Positions 1 through 9,657 of a DNA stretch of 64,000 bases are shown one piece after another. This DNA comes from an uncultured Acidobacteriota bacterium. GTDB lineage: Bacteria; Acidobacteriota; Blastocatellia; RBC074. The stretch is from contig CAWCKY010000006.1 of the NCBI GenBank assembly GCA_963796275.1, positions 352,001 through 416,000 of the forward strand, given 5' to 3'. Positions within the stretch are counted from its first letter, which is position 1; the number at the start of each line of letters is the position of its first letter. Made by a program: the position numbers and the translations under genes. The notes under the pieces are model-generated. The model ran no database searches and was not told the DNA's origin. It saw only the letters and a program-made list of their open reading frames with translations.

Positions 1-1323
1 GAACGGCTCGACTACAACAGCTACACAGTTATGCTAGGCGGTCGTGGCGATGTGCCGAAGGACGTCGGGCTCGATCTGCAAAGATGGTATGCGGCGCCGC
101 GGCTGGGAATCGCATACCGCATCGGTGAGAAATCGGTGGTGAGACTCGGCTATGGCCAGACCATCAATCCGCTCCCCTGGTCCCGGCCGATGCGGGGATC
201 CTACCCGTACGACATCGTTTTCAACGACTCTGCATCGCAGTACCTCACGCTCAGAGGGCTGGAGGACGGCATTCCCCCCGTTCCGATCCCAGATATCAGT
301 TCCGGTGTGGTGAATCTGCCGAGGGACGTCTTCATGCGGTCGCCAAACGCCGGCGTCGAAGCTTTCCCGGGCTCTGGGTCAGGCCTCGATCGGGCCTCCA
401 TCAAGCAGTGGAACATCGCATTCGAGCATAGGCTGCCGGGAGACCTGATAACCGAGGTAGCCTATGTCGGAACCCGCACGGACGGCGGCTATGCTGACCT
501 GAACATCAACTACGGCGAGCCGGGCGGCGATAACGCCGCGCGCAAGTATCGCTCCGTGGCCGGCAACACCGCCATCAACGACTGGGCCGCGCGCACCAAG
601 AGCCGGTACCACTCGCTGCAAGTATCGCTGAACCGCCCATTCAAGAAAGGGCTCATGTTAAAGGGCGCCTACACTCTCAGCCGCGCCATGGGCATGACCG
701 ACGAAGACGGCTGGGTTGGCCTCACATGGAATCACCCGATGATGTATGGAGAAAACTACGCACTAACGGGTTTTGATAGGACACACGTCTTCCAGATGGG
801 CTTTCTCTACGATCTGCCCATCCTGAAAAATTCCAGCACCACTTCAGGCAATCTCCTCGGTGGGTGGCAGCTCAACGGCATCTTTGCCACATACTCGGGT
901 ACACCCTACTCCATTGGAGGCACGAACAATGCCCTGTTGTGTTCGGGCTGCGGCTCAATCCTTATCAACGTCAGTGGCGATCCGAAGCCGGTGGGCAAGG
1001 TGGGATCGAGCACCACTCAAACGTACTACGACAAGAGCCTCTTCTCGCAACCGGCTGGAATCGCGAGGGAGGGCTTCGGCAACTCGGGCCGCAACCGCTT
1101 CCGCGCGCCGTCGGTCTGGAACCTCGACCTCTCGCTCTTCAAGCAATTTAATATGTGGGAGCGTGTGAAGCCGGAGTTTCGCATCGAGGCGGCCAACGTC
1201 CTCAACAACACTAACTGGGGTGCGCCGGTGACGGACTTCAATAATCCCAACTTCCTGCAGTTCACGCCGGGACAGTCCTCGGGTGCGCGGCGAGTACAGC
1301 TCGGGCTGCGAGTGACGTTCTAG
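1..1323 (+). CDS. TonB-dependent receptor (Oar-like, acidobacterial type), C-terminal part; 5'-truncated by the window
   Basis: Frame is open from base 1. Motifs APRLGIAYR, QWNIAFE, GNSGRNRFRAP, FRIEAANVLN and C-terminal RRVQLGLRVTF (terminal Phe of an outer-membrane barrel). Confidence 0.9.
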   Translation, partial: ERLDYNSYTVMLGGRGDVPKDVGLDLQRWYAAPRLGIAYRIGEKSVVRLGYGQTINPLPWSRPMRGSYPYDIVFNDSASQYLTLRGLEDGIPPVPIPDISSGVVNLPRDVFMRSPNAGVEAFPGSGSGLDRASIKQWNIAFEHRLPGDLITEVAYVGTRTDGGYADLNINYGEPGGDNAARKYRSVAGNTAINDWAARTKSRYHSLQVSLNRPFKKGLMLKGAYTLSRAMGMTDEDGWVGLTWNHPMMYGENYALTGFDRTHVFQMGFLYDLPILKNSSTTSGNLLGGWQLNGIFATYSGTPYSIGGTNNALLCSGCGSILINVSGDPKPVGKVGSSTTQTYYDKSLFSQPAGIAREGFGNSGRNRFRAPSVWNLDLSLFKQFNMWERVKPEFRIEAANVLNNTNWGAPVTDFNNPNFLQFTPGQSSGARRVQLGLRVTF

Positions 1324-1541
1324 CCGGCCGCCCGGCCTGCCGATCGTCACGTGATTGAGGTCGCCGGTGAACTCTCGATAGGGCAAACTTACGAGATTAC
1401 CCGGCGGCCGCCTAATTGCTATTGCTCCCGTTTCTCTCTTCCTGAATTTCAGCGTTATACCTGGCCAGGTAATGGGAAGGTGAGGCTTCAAATTCTCTCA
1501 ACTATACAACTATTGTAACCAATTATTGTTTTGCGCAATTA

Positions 1542-2768
1542 TCAACTCTCTCTGCGTTTCAATAGCGATTTTACCGACGCGATCGCGTTATCGAAAGCTT
1601 CCTTATCTTTCTGCGGGCTGCAATTCACTGCCCGATCGTCGATGAACGCCGCCGCGCGCGGTTTTCCCTGTCCGATATAAACATCCGTGTAGGGAATTTT
1701 GTGTTTCTCCAGCCAATCTATGATCTGGATCCGCATTTGCGCGGGCGAGAGTGAATAACCATCATCGCCGCGGCGCCGGTCCTCCGAGCAGCGCGAGCTG
1801 AAAATAATGATATCCGCAACTTTGGCCAGTTCGTGCGCAAACTCCAATGCGCCCGGAACAGGAGCGCCGATGTTCTCTGCTCCTCGCCATCGGTCGTATT
1901 TTGCCAGCACTCCATCCAGATCTACGCAGACACGCGGTTTCTGTTTCGGTACGGCTACTTTCGGTGAGGGCGCCGCATTCTTTATCGTGCCTTTTTTAGC
2001 GCTCTTTTTTATGCCCGGAAGCGGGGAAGGGCGTAAGGAAATCAATGCTTCAACGGCTTCGTCGCCTTCCAGCCACTCGCTTTCGCCCAGCGAATCGAAA
2101 TTCCAAACGCGCGTGTAATGATGATTGGTGTGATGCCGGCCGGGCAGCCGCAGGGCGTAAGGCAAATGGCCGGGCTCCACGTGAGCCTTCGGCGGAAACA
2201 CTTCGGGCCGTCGCGGAAGTCCGAACTCAGCCCAATCGTCGCGCAGCTCCGAAACGAAGGCGAAGACATCCGCCAGCGGATATTCGCGATCCAGCAGCGC
2301 CCACACGTGATAGCCCCCGGCGCCGCTGCTGTCCATCACGCATGGATCGATATATTTTTCGCGCAGCCGTCCAGCCCACGTCAGGCACGCCGCCAGATTA
2401 GCCGCCGCCATTTCATCGGCGTTTGCGACCGTCGGGTCGTGCAGATCGACGTCCACGGCCAACCATTTCGCGGTGTTGTGGTCGCTGATTGCATGTAAAC
2501 CGATCAGATGCGAGCGCGATCGCCCGGCAAAATGGCGCCGGAGTTTTTGCAGAGTCACCATGTCGGTGCCGAGCGCCCGGCGTTCGGGTATCGGCAGCAT
2601 TACGACGCCGATCTTGTCGCCGCGGAGCGTATATTGGCTCCACACGTCGCGGCGGTTGACCAGCCGCTCCATCGCCCATCGGGCCAGGTCATCAGCGCGC
2701 TCTTCCCATTCATGAGCGATCCAGAGCAGTCTCTTATTTCCGGCAAATTCGCTAAATGGTGCGGCCAT
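1542..2768 (-). CDS. AEP (archaeo-eukaryotic primase, TOTE-like) domain fused to a C-terminal HAD-superfamily phosphatase
   Basis: AEP motifs WLAVDVD, SSGAGGYHVW, EVFP...LRLP; Lys/Pro-rich linker; HAD motifs VDLDGVLA, IFSSR, GKP, FIDDRA. Confidence 0.75.
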   Translation of the reverse strand: MAAPFSEFAGNKRLLWIAHEWEERADDLARWAMERLVNRRDVWSQYTLRGDKIGVVMLPIPERRALGTDMVTLQKLRRHFAGRSRSHLIGLHAISDHNTAKWLAVDVDLHDPTVANADEMAAANLAACLTWAGRLREKYIDPCVMDSSGAGGYHVWALLDREYPLADVFAFVSELRDDWAEFGLPRRPEVFPPKAHVEPGHLPYALRLPGRHHTNHHYTRVWNFDSLGESEWLEGDEAVEALISLRPSPLPGIKKSAKKGTIKNAAPSPKVAVPKQKPRVCVDLDGVLAKYDRWRGAENIGAPVPGALEFAHELAKVADIIIFSSRCSEDRRRGDDGYSLSPAQMRIQIIDWLEKHKIPYTDVYIGQGKPRAAAFIDDRAVNCSPQKDKEAFDNAIASVKSLLKRRES

Positions 2769-2771
2769 GAG

Positions 2772-4235
2772 TTATGTGACCTTCTCCCATCCACCGACAA
2801 AATTTTCGTCCGCCAGCCGCTGGAACCATTTACGAGCGGCCTTTTCTGTCTTGGCCACGCGGATCTCCCGTTCCAGCGGGTTCTGGCGATTCGGACTGAA
2901 ATCGGTTAGATAGACGACATAGCCGGGAAAATTAGACATACCCTCTTTATTGGTTTTCCACAAGAGAAGTTTCCTGACCATGCGCTGCCCCTTCATAACT
3001 TTGGTGTACACCACCCGCTCTATCAATTTACTTTCCGGCGCAAGCTCCTCGCGGGCGGATGTCTCGGCCTCCTCGACCAAGATGACCGCTTCGAGCTGGC
3101 GGATATTCACGTCCTCGACGTTGGCTTCTTTATCATCGCGCATCCGGACGAACTGCGGCGAGATAACGCTGGCGAGCGGCATCCGGGCGATTGATTGATA
3201 TTTTTCGCCATTCCATTCCAGCACCATTTTCTTGATCGGATCGCCTTTGGAACCTTCGGCGATCAAATCGAGCGCCGATATCTCTATCACCGGGCCCGGC
3301 TCAATCATTTCATATGCGACGTAATCGTTATTGACCGCGACGTAATCCGACGGCGCGACGCGGCGTTTCAACTGGCTGACGATATTTTTGCGGTCGTCAT
3401 CAGTGAAGCCGCCGCCGACGCGCGCGAATTCGTGAAATGTCCCGTCCTGGCGCATGACGGCGACCAGCAGATCGTGGAGCAATCCCTTGCGGTCATCGAT
3501 GCCTTCGGAGAAACCGATGATGGCGACATCGATGTTATGGCGTTCTTTGATCTTGTACCAGCCGGCTTGATCGTGACGAACCACGAGCCCTTCCGCGCCG
3601 CCCCCCGCTACCCACTCGTTGAAAAGCTCGCGAACCGCTTTCAGATCTTTGGCAACTTTATGCTCGGCCGGATGTACGAGTTTGCCTTTTTCGAACCAGC
3701 CGTCGAGCAGTTTGATGACATTCGCCGCCGCCGTAACCGGCTCATTGTCTATTTCGATAACGTCGAATACTGCCACGGAGAGCTTTTCCAACGCGGCTTC
3801 GGACGAGGGAGAACGCAGCGTGCTGCTGACCTGGTAAACCTTGTTCGCCTTCTTATTCCCGCTCGGCGCATATATCTCCGCCCCGAGCAGGCACGATCCG
3901 ACCTTCGCCTTTTTCAACAGTTTTTCTGCCTCCTCATAAGCGGGCAACCCGCCGCGCACGGTGCCGCGCGGATTTATTGAAAGCAGTTGGTTGCCGTCGA
4001 AGGCGAGCAGGACGAATTCGCCGTCGTATTTGCGCGAAACGTAATAACCGTTCGCAGGTAGTATGCGGGAAATGTCCTCGGATGAGAGAGGACGCATCAT
4101 CCCGCTCAGGCGGCGTTTGTATTCCTGCGCGCGCGCCTGGAGCGTCGGGTCCGCCAGCGCGTCGGCCACGCCGATGAAATAATCACCCTTTTTTCGAGTA
4201 AATCTCGAACGATCGAATTTCAGGTTGATAGCCAT
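2772..4235 (-). CDS. ATP-dependent DNA ligase with C-terminal WGR-like domain
   Basis: Ligase motifs I RKYDGE, III LGAEIY, IIIa VFDVI, IV EGLVVR, V WYKIK; OB fold with RVGGGFTD and PQFVRMRDDK; about 90-aa tail ending AARKWFQRLADENFVGGW. Confidence 0.85.
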   Translation of the reverse strand: MAINLKFDRSRFTRKKGDYFIGVADALADPTLQARAQEYKRRLSGMMRPLSSEDISRILPANGYYVSRKYDGEFVLLAFDGNQLLSINPRGTVRGGLPAYEEAEKLLKKAKVGSCLLGAEIYAPSGNKKANKVYQVSSTLRSPSSEAALEKLSVAVFDVIEIDNEPVTAAANVIKLLDGWFEKGKLVHPAEHKVAKDLKAVRELFNEWVAGGGAEGLVVRHDQAGWYKIKERHNIDVAIIGFSEGIDDRKGLLHDLLVAVMRQDGTFHEFARVGGGFTDDDRKNIVSQLKRRVAPSDYVAVNNDYVAYEMIEPGPVIEISALDLIAEGSKGDPIKKMVLEWNGEKYQSIARMPLASVISPQFVRMRDDKEANVEDVNIRQLEAVILVEEAETSAREELAPESKLIERVVYTKVMKGQRMVRKLLLWKTNKEGMSNFPGYVVYLTDFSPNRQNPLEREIRVAKTEKAARKWFQRLADENFVGGWEKVT

Positions 4236-4942
4236 CAGACCTCCTCGACCTTTTTCGGTATCTTCAATTCCATATTCGAAAGATGCAGGATCAAACAGTA
4301 AGCGTCACCATCGACGCGTCCTTCGAGAAAGGCGTTGTACGGTTTTCCCCCGCGATTGAAGATCAGCGGCTGGTTGCCCTTCTCGCCGCCGCGCAGCAGC
4401 AGGAGCGAATCTTTGTCGTGCAGCTCCTTCGCGATCTCATAAAGAAAATCATAGGTCAGCCCGTTGACGTGGATGAGCTGCTTTTTAGTGGCAAAAACGA
4501 ATTTTTTCACCGCCTCTTTTTTCTTCATGAATTTTCCGGTCCACTTGAGCGGCACGTCGCTGTTGACATTCTGCAGCTCTTTTTTGCGCGGGCGACGCTC
4601 GCGCACGCTTCCATCCGGTTGGTAAATCACTTCGAATTCTTCCACAAAGTGAACGATCCCCTTTTCGCTGACATAGACCCGCGATGTCTCGCCCAAAAAC
4701 ATGCCGAAATGTTCGATATCGATCTCCGGATCGCCCTCTACCAATTTTTTCCCCAGCTTTTCCAGGTCGCCGTCTTTTTTGGTGAGCGCTGACAGGTCGT
4801 GTACAACATCTGTCTTCAGCAGGCGGCGGTTTATTACCAGATTGCGGTCTTCATCGATGTAGTGGATATCGCGTCTCGGCCGCACCGCTTCCAGCGCAAC
4901 AGTCGCATCCCTGTTTTTTGCGTTGCTGATATTTATTGCCAT
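4235..4942 (-). CDS. Hypothetical protein, putative divergent Ku-like beta-barrel protein
   Basis: 235 aa. The C-terminal pattern (TYDFLYEIAKELHDKDSLLLL...LIFNRGGKPYNAFLEGRVDGDAYCLILHL) parallels the Ku core helix and strands. Stop overlaps the ligase start (TGATG). The fold is an inference by eye. Confidence 0.5.
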   Translation of the reverse strand: MAINISNAKNRDATVALEAVRPRRDIHYIDEDRNLVINRRLLKTDVVHDLSALTKKDGDLEKLGKKLVEGDPEIDIEHFGMFLGETSRVYVSEKGIVHFVEEFEVIYQPDGSVRERRPRKKELQNVNSDVPLKWTGKFMKKKEAVKKFVFATKKQLIHVNGLTYDFLYEIAKELHDKDSLLLLRGGEKGNQPLIFNRGGKPYNAFLEGRVDGDAYCLILHLSNMELKIPKKVEEV

Positions 4943-4954
4943 AACTTTTCTCCA

Positions 4955-5566
4955 TCAAAACAGATCGAATTCTATCTCTTCGCCCGAAATCTCTTGCTCC
5001 TCGACCGGTTCGAGCACGCTAGGTTGATTGAGCTTCACGAACTGGAGAGTAGTGTTGGATCCGATGATCATGAAAACGGCTTTCTCATTTCCGACCAGAA
5101 ACGCCGTGTCGTATTCCAGCCCGCCGCGGTAGCTGAAATCGAATTTATAGATCGAGTTGCCGGACCGAACGTCATCGAGAATCGCGAAATCGGAACCTTC
5201 GGGCGGCGTCAGGAGATAGACGGATTTTACGGTATGCGAGAGATATTCATCGATGGTGGATTCATAAAGCAGATTCGGCGCGCTGAATGACGACGGAACT
5301 GGTTCGACTTCATCCCCGTCGGAGGTAATAGGAATAAGTTTTTTGCGGTCTACTGAATTGCCGTCCACATCAAGCGAGGCCAGCGATGTGCCGCCCGTAT
5401 CGATCAGCGTCTTACCATCCACATCCAGTATTTGCAGAAAAGCCCTGTTGCCTTCTTCGTCAAAAGCTTCAATCTCGATATTGCCGTAAAGTTTATCCCG
5501 GTCGATTTTTTGCATCTGAACCGGAAAATCTTCTCCGTCCAAGGAAAGTACCAGCGACCGCGCCAT
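4955..5566 (-). CDS. Hypothetical protein, putative divergent Ku-like protein with an acidic C-terminal tip
   Basis: 203 aa. N-terminal SLVLSLDGEDFPVQMQK resembles Ku GxISFGLVxIPVKL; VKSVYLLTP...FDFSYRGG..DTAFLV resembles Ku YYLxP...FVLR; ends EEIEFDLF. AAGGAG RBS upstream. Confidence 0.5.
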   Translation of the reverse strand: MARSLVLSLDGEDFPVQMQKIDRDKLYGNIEIEAFDEEGNRAFLQILDVDGKTLIDTGGTSLASLDVDGNSVDRKKLIPITSDGDEVEPVPSSFSAPNLLYESTIDEYLSHTVKSVYLLTPPEGSDFAILDDVRSGNSIYKFDFSYRGGLEYDTAFLVGNEKAVFMIIGSNTTLQFVKLNQPSVLEPVEEQEISGEEIEFDLF

Positions 5567-5853
5567 TTATGCTCCTTTACTTCTTTAACACATGTTGTAA
5601 TTCGATGTCTTATGAGGATAAATCTCAGAGTCTTTATCTTCAAGGATGCAATACGGACATCTATACCTATTTCGTTTAGATTTTTGCGTGATGTAAATCT
5701 ATATCGTAGTTAATTGGTTGGAACCGGATTCTCTGCAGAGGGTGCCGGGTTGTACTGGAGCAGCAGCAGACATGAAGTAGCTAGCGGCTGTCGTGTGTGC
5801 ACTTTGAAACCCTTCCAATAAGTTTCTCATTCGATGTCGTCATTTATATCCTA

Positions 5854-6237
5854 TCAAGGCACAAGTCCAATAATATGTTCAGCAAGCTTGAGGAAGTCTT
5901 CGGCACGGGTCAATTGTTCCGTAGCATCATTTTCGGTAAGCCCTGATTGCACGTCGTAATCGCCAACATTGCGTAGCTGTTCGCTTTCAATCAAATAACG
6001 GTGATACTCGGCGGGCACGCGTCCGGTCTTTGCAAAATGCTGCCCGAAAGCCGCGATCACAGCTGAGTGTTTTGAAAAAGACAATCCTTCACCTGATAGA
6101 AATGCCTGGGTGACATAAAACATCGCATAATATGCGCGGGATATGGAGAAATCGTAATACTTTTAATTTGCCAACAACCGAGCAGCATCGATACTCGAAT
6201 AGGCTTTTCGCAGGAGCGCCTCTTGCTCCGAAGTCAT
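5854..6237 (-). pseudogene. HEPN-domain toxin with an in-frame TAA at codon 25
   Basis: ATG at 6237 overlaps the MNT stop (ATGA). Reads MTSEQEALLRKAYSSIDAARLLAN*KYYDFSISRAYYAMFY...KHSAVIAAFG...RNVGDY; stop at 6163-6165. Confidence 0.8.
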
Positions 6238-6554
6238 ACAGCTACACCCTCTCGCCGGACATTGCGAAGTAGAGGACTCTGTTCATGGCTATATCGCTCT
6301 GTTGGCATAAACAGGCATGAGATGATGACATCATATTTGAGTGATAATTGAGAGACGACGCCGCCAGTGCGATGGATTTCCTCTCCAGGACTCAATTTCC
6401 CATTGAGAACAATGAGCACATCGATGTCTGACCCGAGCTGAGCGTCGCCGCGAGCTTGCGACCCATAAAGAATAGCCTGTTCGAGGCGCTCTCCGTAAAT
6501 ACCCTCCAGCGCCTGACGCAGATCATTCAGAATTGTAGATAGCCGTTCGTTCAT
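6234..6554 (-). CDS. MNT (minimal nucleotidyltransferase) antitoxin
   Basis: LYGSQARGD...SDIDVLIVL motif, 106 aa, directly upstream of the HEPN gene. Confidence 0.88.
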   Translation of the reverse strand: MNERLSTILNDLRQALEGIYGERLEQAILYGSQARGDAQLGSDIDVLIVLNGKLSPGEEIHRTGGVVSQLSLKYDVIISCLFMPTERYSHEQSPLLRNVRREGVAV

Positions 6555-6679
6555 CTAGCTCAATCTCCAATCAGAGAGATTCTACTACTTTTTCGTTAAA
6601 ATGCGGATAGAGGGACTCATTGGTTATCATAGATTGGATTTATAAGTTGTGCCTGCTTGTATGAGCTTGAAGTCTTGTT

Positions 6680-9359
6680 TCATTCGGTTCGTAAAGCCGT
6701 TATCGGGTCAACCTTTGTCGCCCGCCGTGCCGGTAGGTAACATGCGATTAGTGACACGATCAGCAGACCGAACGCGACAATACCGAATGTTATCGGGTCC
6801 GAGGGGTTGATCTGGTAAAGCTGGCTAGCCAGCAAGCGTACCAACCCGAAGGCGCCGACCATTCCTATGCCTACACCGACAAATGCCGGTCGCATTCCCT
6901 GGCGGATGACCTGCGCCAGCACATTTTGCCGCTGCGCCCCCAGCGCCATGCGTATGCCGATCTCGCGCGACCGCTGGCTGACTCCATAGGTAACCACGCC
7001 ATACAACCCCATAACGGTCAGCAGGAGCGCAGCTGTCGCGAAGAGACCGAGCAACAATGTGCTGAAGCGCGGCCGCGCCGTCGCCTTCACCACGAGTTCG
7101 GGCATCGTACGGTAGTTGGCCACAGGGAGCGATGTATCAAGTTGCTTGAGCTCTCTCTGAATCGCGTTGCGCAGTGAAGGCAGCGCTGTTGCATCGGCGC
7201 GCACCGTCATCGCCATCACGTCATACGGATCCTCTGAATGAGGATGATAGAGTTGTGGACGCGCCGGCACCTCAAGTGAGAACCCCCGCACGTCGTGCAC
7301 GACGCCGACAATCGTTCTCCAGTCTCTGTCGCCGCCAAATACCCGTTTGATGCGTTTACCAACGGCATCGCCCGCGGGGAAGAACTTCCGCGCCAGGGTC
7401 TCGTTAACAATAGCGACAGGTGGTTTGTCTATCGTGTCTGTCACATCGAAGTCGCGCCCACTCACGAGATTTATTCGCATGGCTTCAAAATAACCGGGGG
7501 TGATCACGCGGTTTTCCGCCAGCGGTTCCTTGCCTTGCGGTACTCGCTCCGCGCCTTCGACTGCAAAATAGGTCATATCTTCATAACCACCCAGAGGCAA
7601 ATTGGAGATCGCCCCGACCGCAAGCACTCCAGGCAAACTGCTCAATCGCGTGCGCGCCTGCTCGACGAATTGCGCTCGCTGTCCGCCATCCGGATAGAGC
7701 GCGCGTGTCAGCGTTAACTCGAAAGTGGCGACACCCTCCGGTCTGAATCCCGGGTTGACTGCTATAAGCTTCTGAAAACTCTGGAACATCAGGACGGCGC
7801 CGACTAACAGAACAGCGGCGAGCGCAACTTCGGCGGTTACCAGCAAACTATGGCCCCTGTTGTGTCCCGCGGAGTTTGCACGCCCGGCATTCTTGAGCGC
7901 TTCAGTAAGATTCAGCTTCGATGCCTGGATGATGGGAACCAGGCCGAACAGTATGCCGGTTAGGAGAGAGATCGATGCGGTGAAGAGAAAGACATTAGTA
8001 TCCAATGAGATGTTCTGTAAGCGCGGCACAGTAGGTGGGATGAAGCCTAGCACGAGATCCAATCCACAGTAGCCGAGCAGCAATCCGAAGCTGCCGCCAA
8101 GCGTAGCCAAGAGCAGGCTTTCGGTTAACAACTGCTGGATGATACGCGCGCGCCCTGCGCCGATAGCGGCGCGGACAGCCATTTCGCGGCGTCTTGCAGC
8201 GGCGCGTGCCAGCAGGAGGCTTGCGATGTTGGCGCATGCGATCAAAAGAAGGAAGCCAACCGAACCGAGTAGAACCAGAAGTGGCGTGCGCGTCTCGCCG
8301 ACCATCTGATTGAAGAGCGGCGTCAACCAGACACGCCAACCCTCGTGAGTTTGTGGATAATCTCTAGCCTGCCGCACTGCGATGCCGTCAATCTCGGCTT
8401 GCGCCTGCGCCTGGGTGACGCCCTTTTTCAGCCGTCCGACCAGGTTGAAAAATCTTCGCACTCGATTCTGCCAGCTGCCTGGCGTCCCAGGCCAGCGGTG
8501 TCCAAACATCGGTCTTTTCCGGCAGGTTGTAAACAGGCGGCATCTCATTCGCTCGCGGAAAATGAAAACCTTCGGGCATTATGCCGATGATTCTGCGTGG
8601 CACCCCATCGATTTTGATAGTTTTACCGAGTATCTCCAGGTCACCACCGAATCGCCGCTGCCAGAGGGCGTAACTGATGATCGCGACACGGTCCTGGCCC
8701 GGTTGCTCTTCTTCGGTTGAAATATTGCGGCCGAGGAGCGGTTGGACGCCGAGTGTCGGCAGCAGATTCGCTGTCACGTCAACCCCACCGACGCGCTCAG
8801 ATTCGCTGCTGTTATCAGATAAACCGGCGGTATTGGACTGGAACGCAGCAATCTCTTCAAAGCTGTTGGCGCTCGCGCGCCACTCGGGCAAATCTGCGTT
8901 GGCAGGCGGGAGTTCGTGAAAACCGAGTTGCCAGGCTGGATTGTCGGTCCAAAGCATGAAGAGACGATCCGGCTCATGGAATGCCAGTGGTCTCAGCAAA
9001 ACTCCGTTGATGACGCTGAAAATCGCCGTATTCGCGCCGATGCCGAGCGCAAGGGTAAGCGTCGCCACCAAAGCGAATCCAGGATTTTTCATCAGCGTTC
9101 GTGCGCCGTAGCGGAGATCTTGCACCAAATCATCGAGCCATTTCAGGCCGCGCGCATCGCGGCTCCGGTCTTTGGCCTGTTCGACTCCGCCGAAGGCGCT
9201 ACGGGCGGCGAGGCGAGCCTCTTCTGGATTCATACCCAGACGGAGATTTTGCTCTGTCTGTCGATCTATATGGTGTTGCAGTTCATCAGCCAATTCCTGC
9301 TCGGCTTGTGATTTTCTGAACAGCGCCCGTAATGCCGTCATCAATTTGTTGGTAAGCAT
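6680..9359 (-). pseudogene. ADOP-family (acidobacterial duplicated orphan) ABC permease, frameshifted near 8475
   Basis: ORF 8388-9359 ([31 protein letters not shown]) and ORF 6680-8548 (LLIACANIASLLLAR, REIGIRMALGA, PARRATKVDP) join into one gene of about 890 codons if one base is removed. Confidence 0.85.
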
Positions 9360-9657
9360 TCCGATCTCCTTTTTCGGCGCCTCTTTGTCAGGTATGCCAT
9401 CAGATTAAGCACCTCTCGTGTTTCGATAGGGCAGAGGTTAATGACTTACCAATCGGTTGTCAATAGATGGATGAGTTTGTTTCGATCAATGACTTGATCA
9501 CTCAGGATCGATCCGGATTGCCTGTTTCATGGGAATAAAGCTAAAAAGGCAAAAAGAGCAAAAAGCGAATCTTTTTGCTCCTTTTGCCTTTTAGTCATCT
9601 CTCTAGTTAGTAGCACCGCCGCGAGACAGTGCCACTAACAGGTTTGAACGTTACAAA

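Noticed and set aside
5567-5720. LexA/SOS box upstream of the repair operon
   Set aside because: No match found by eye to the CTGT-N8-ACAG, GAAC-N4-GTTC or GTTC-N7-GTTC patterns.
6163-6165. Recoding of the HEPN internal stop
   Set aside because: The codon is TAA, which is used as a normal stop throughout the window, and no recoding signal is visible; a nonsense mutation or sequencing error is simpler.
9412-9430. Imperfect palindrome CCTCTCG-TGTTT-CGATAGG as a PadR operator for the ADOP gene
   Set aside because: Plausible but short and mismatched, and there is no PadR gene in the window to support it.
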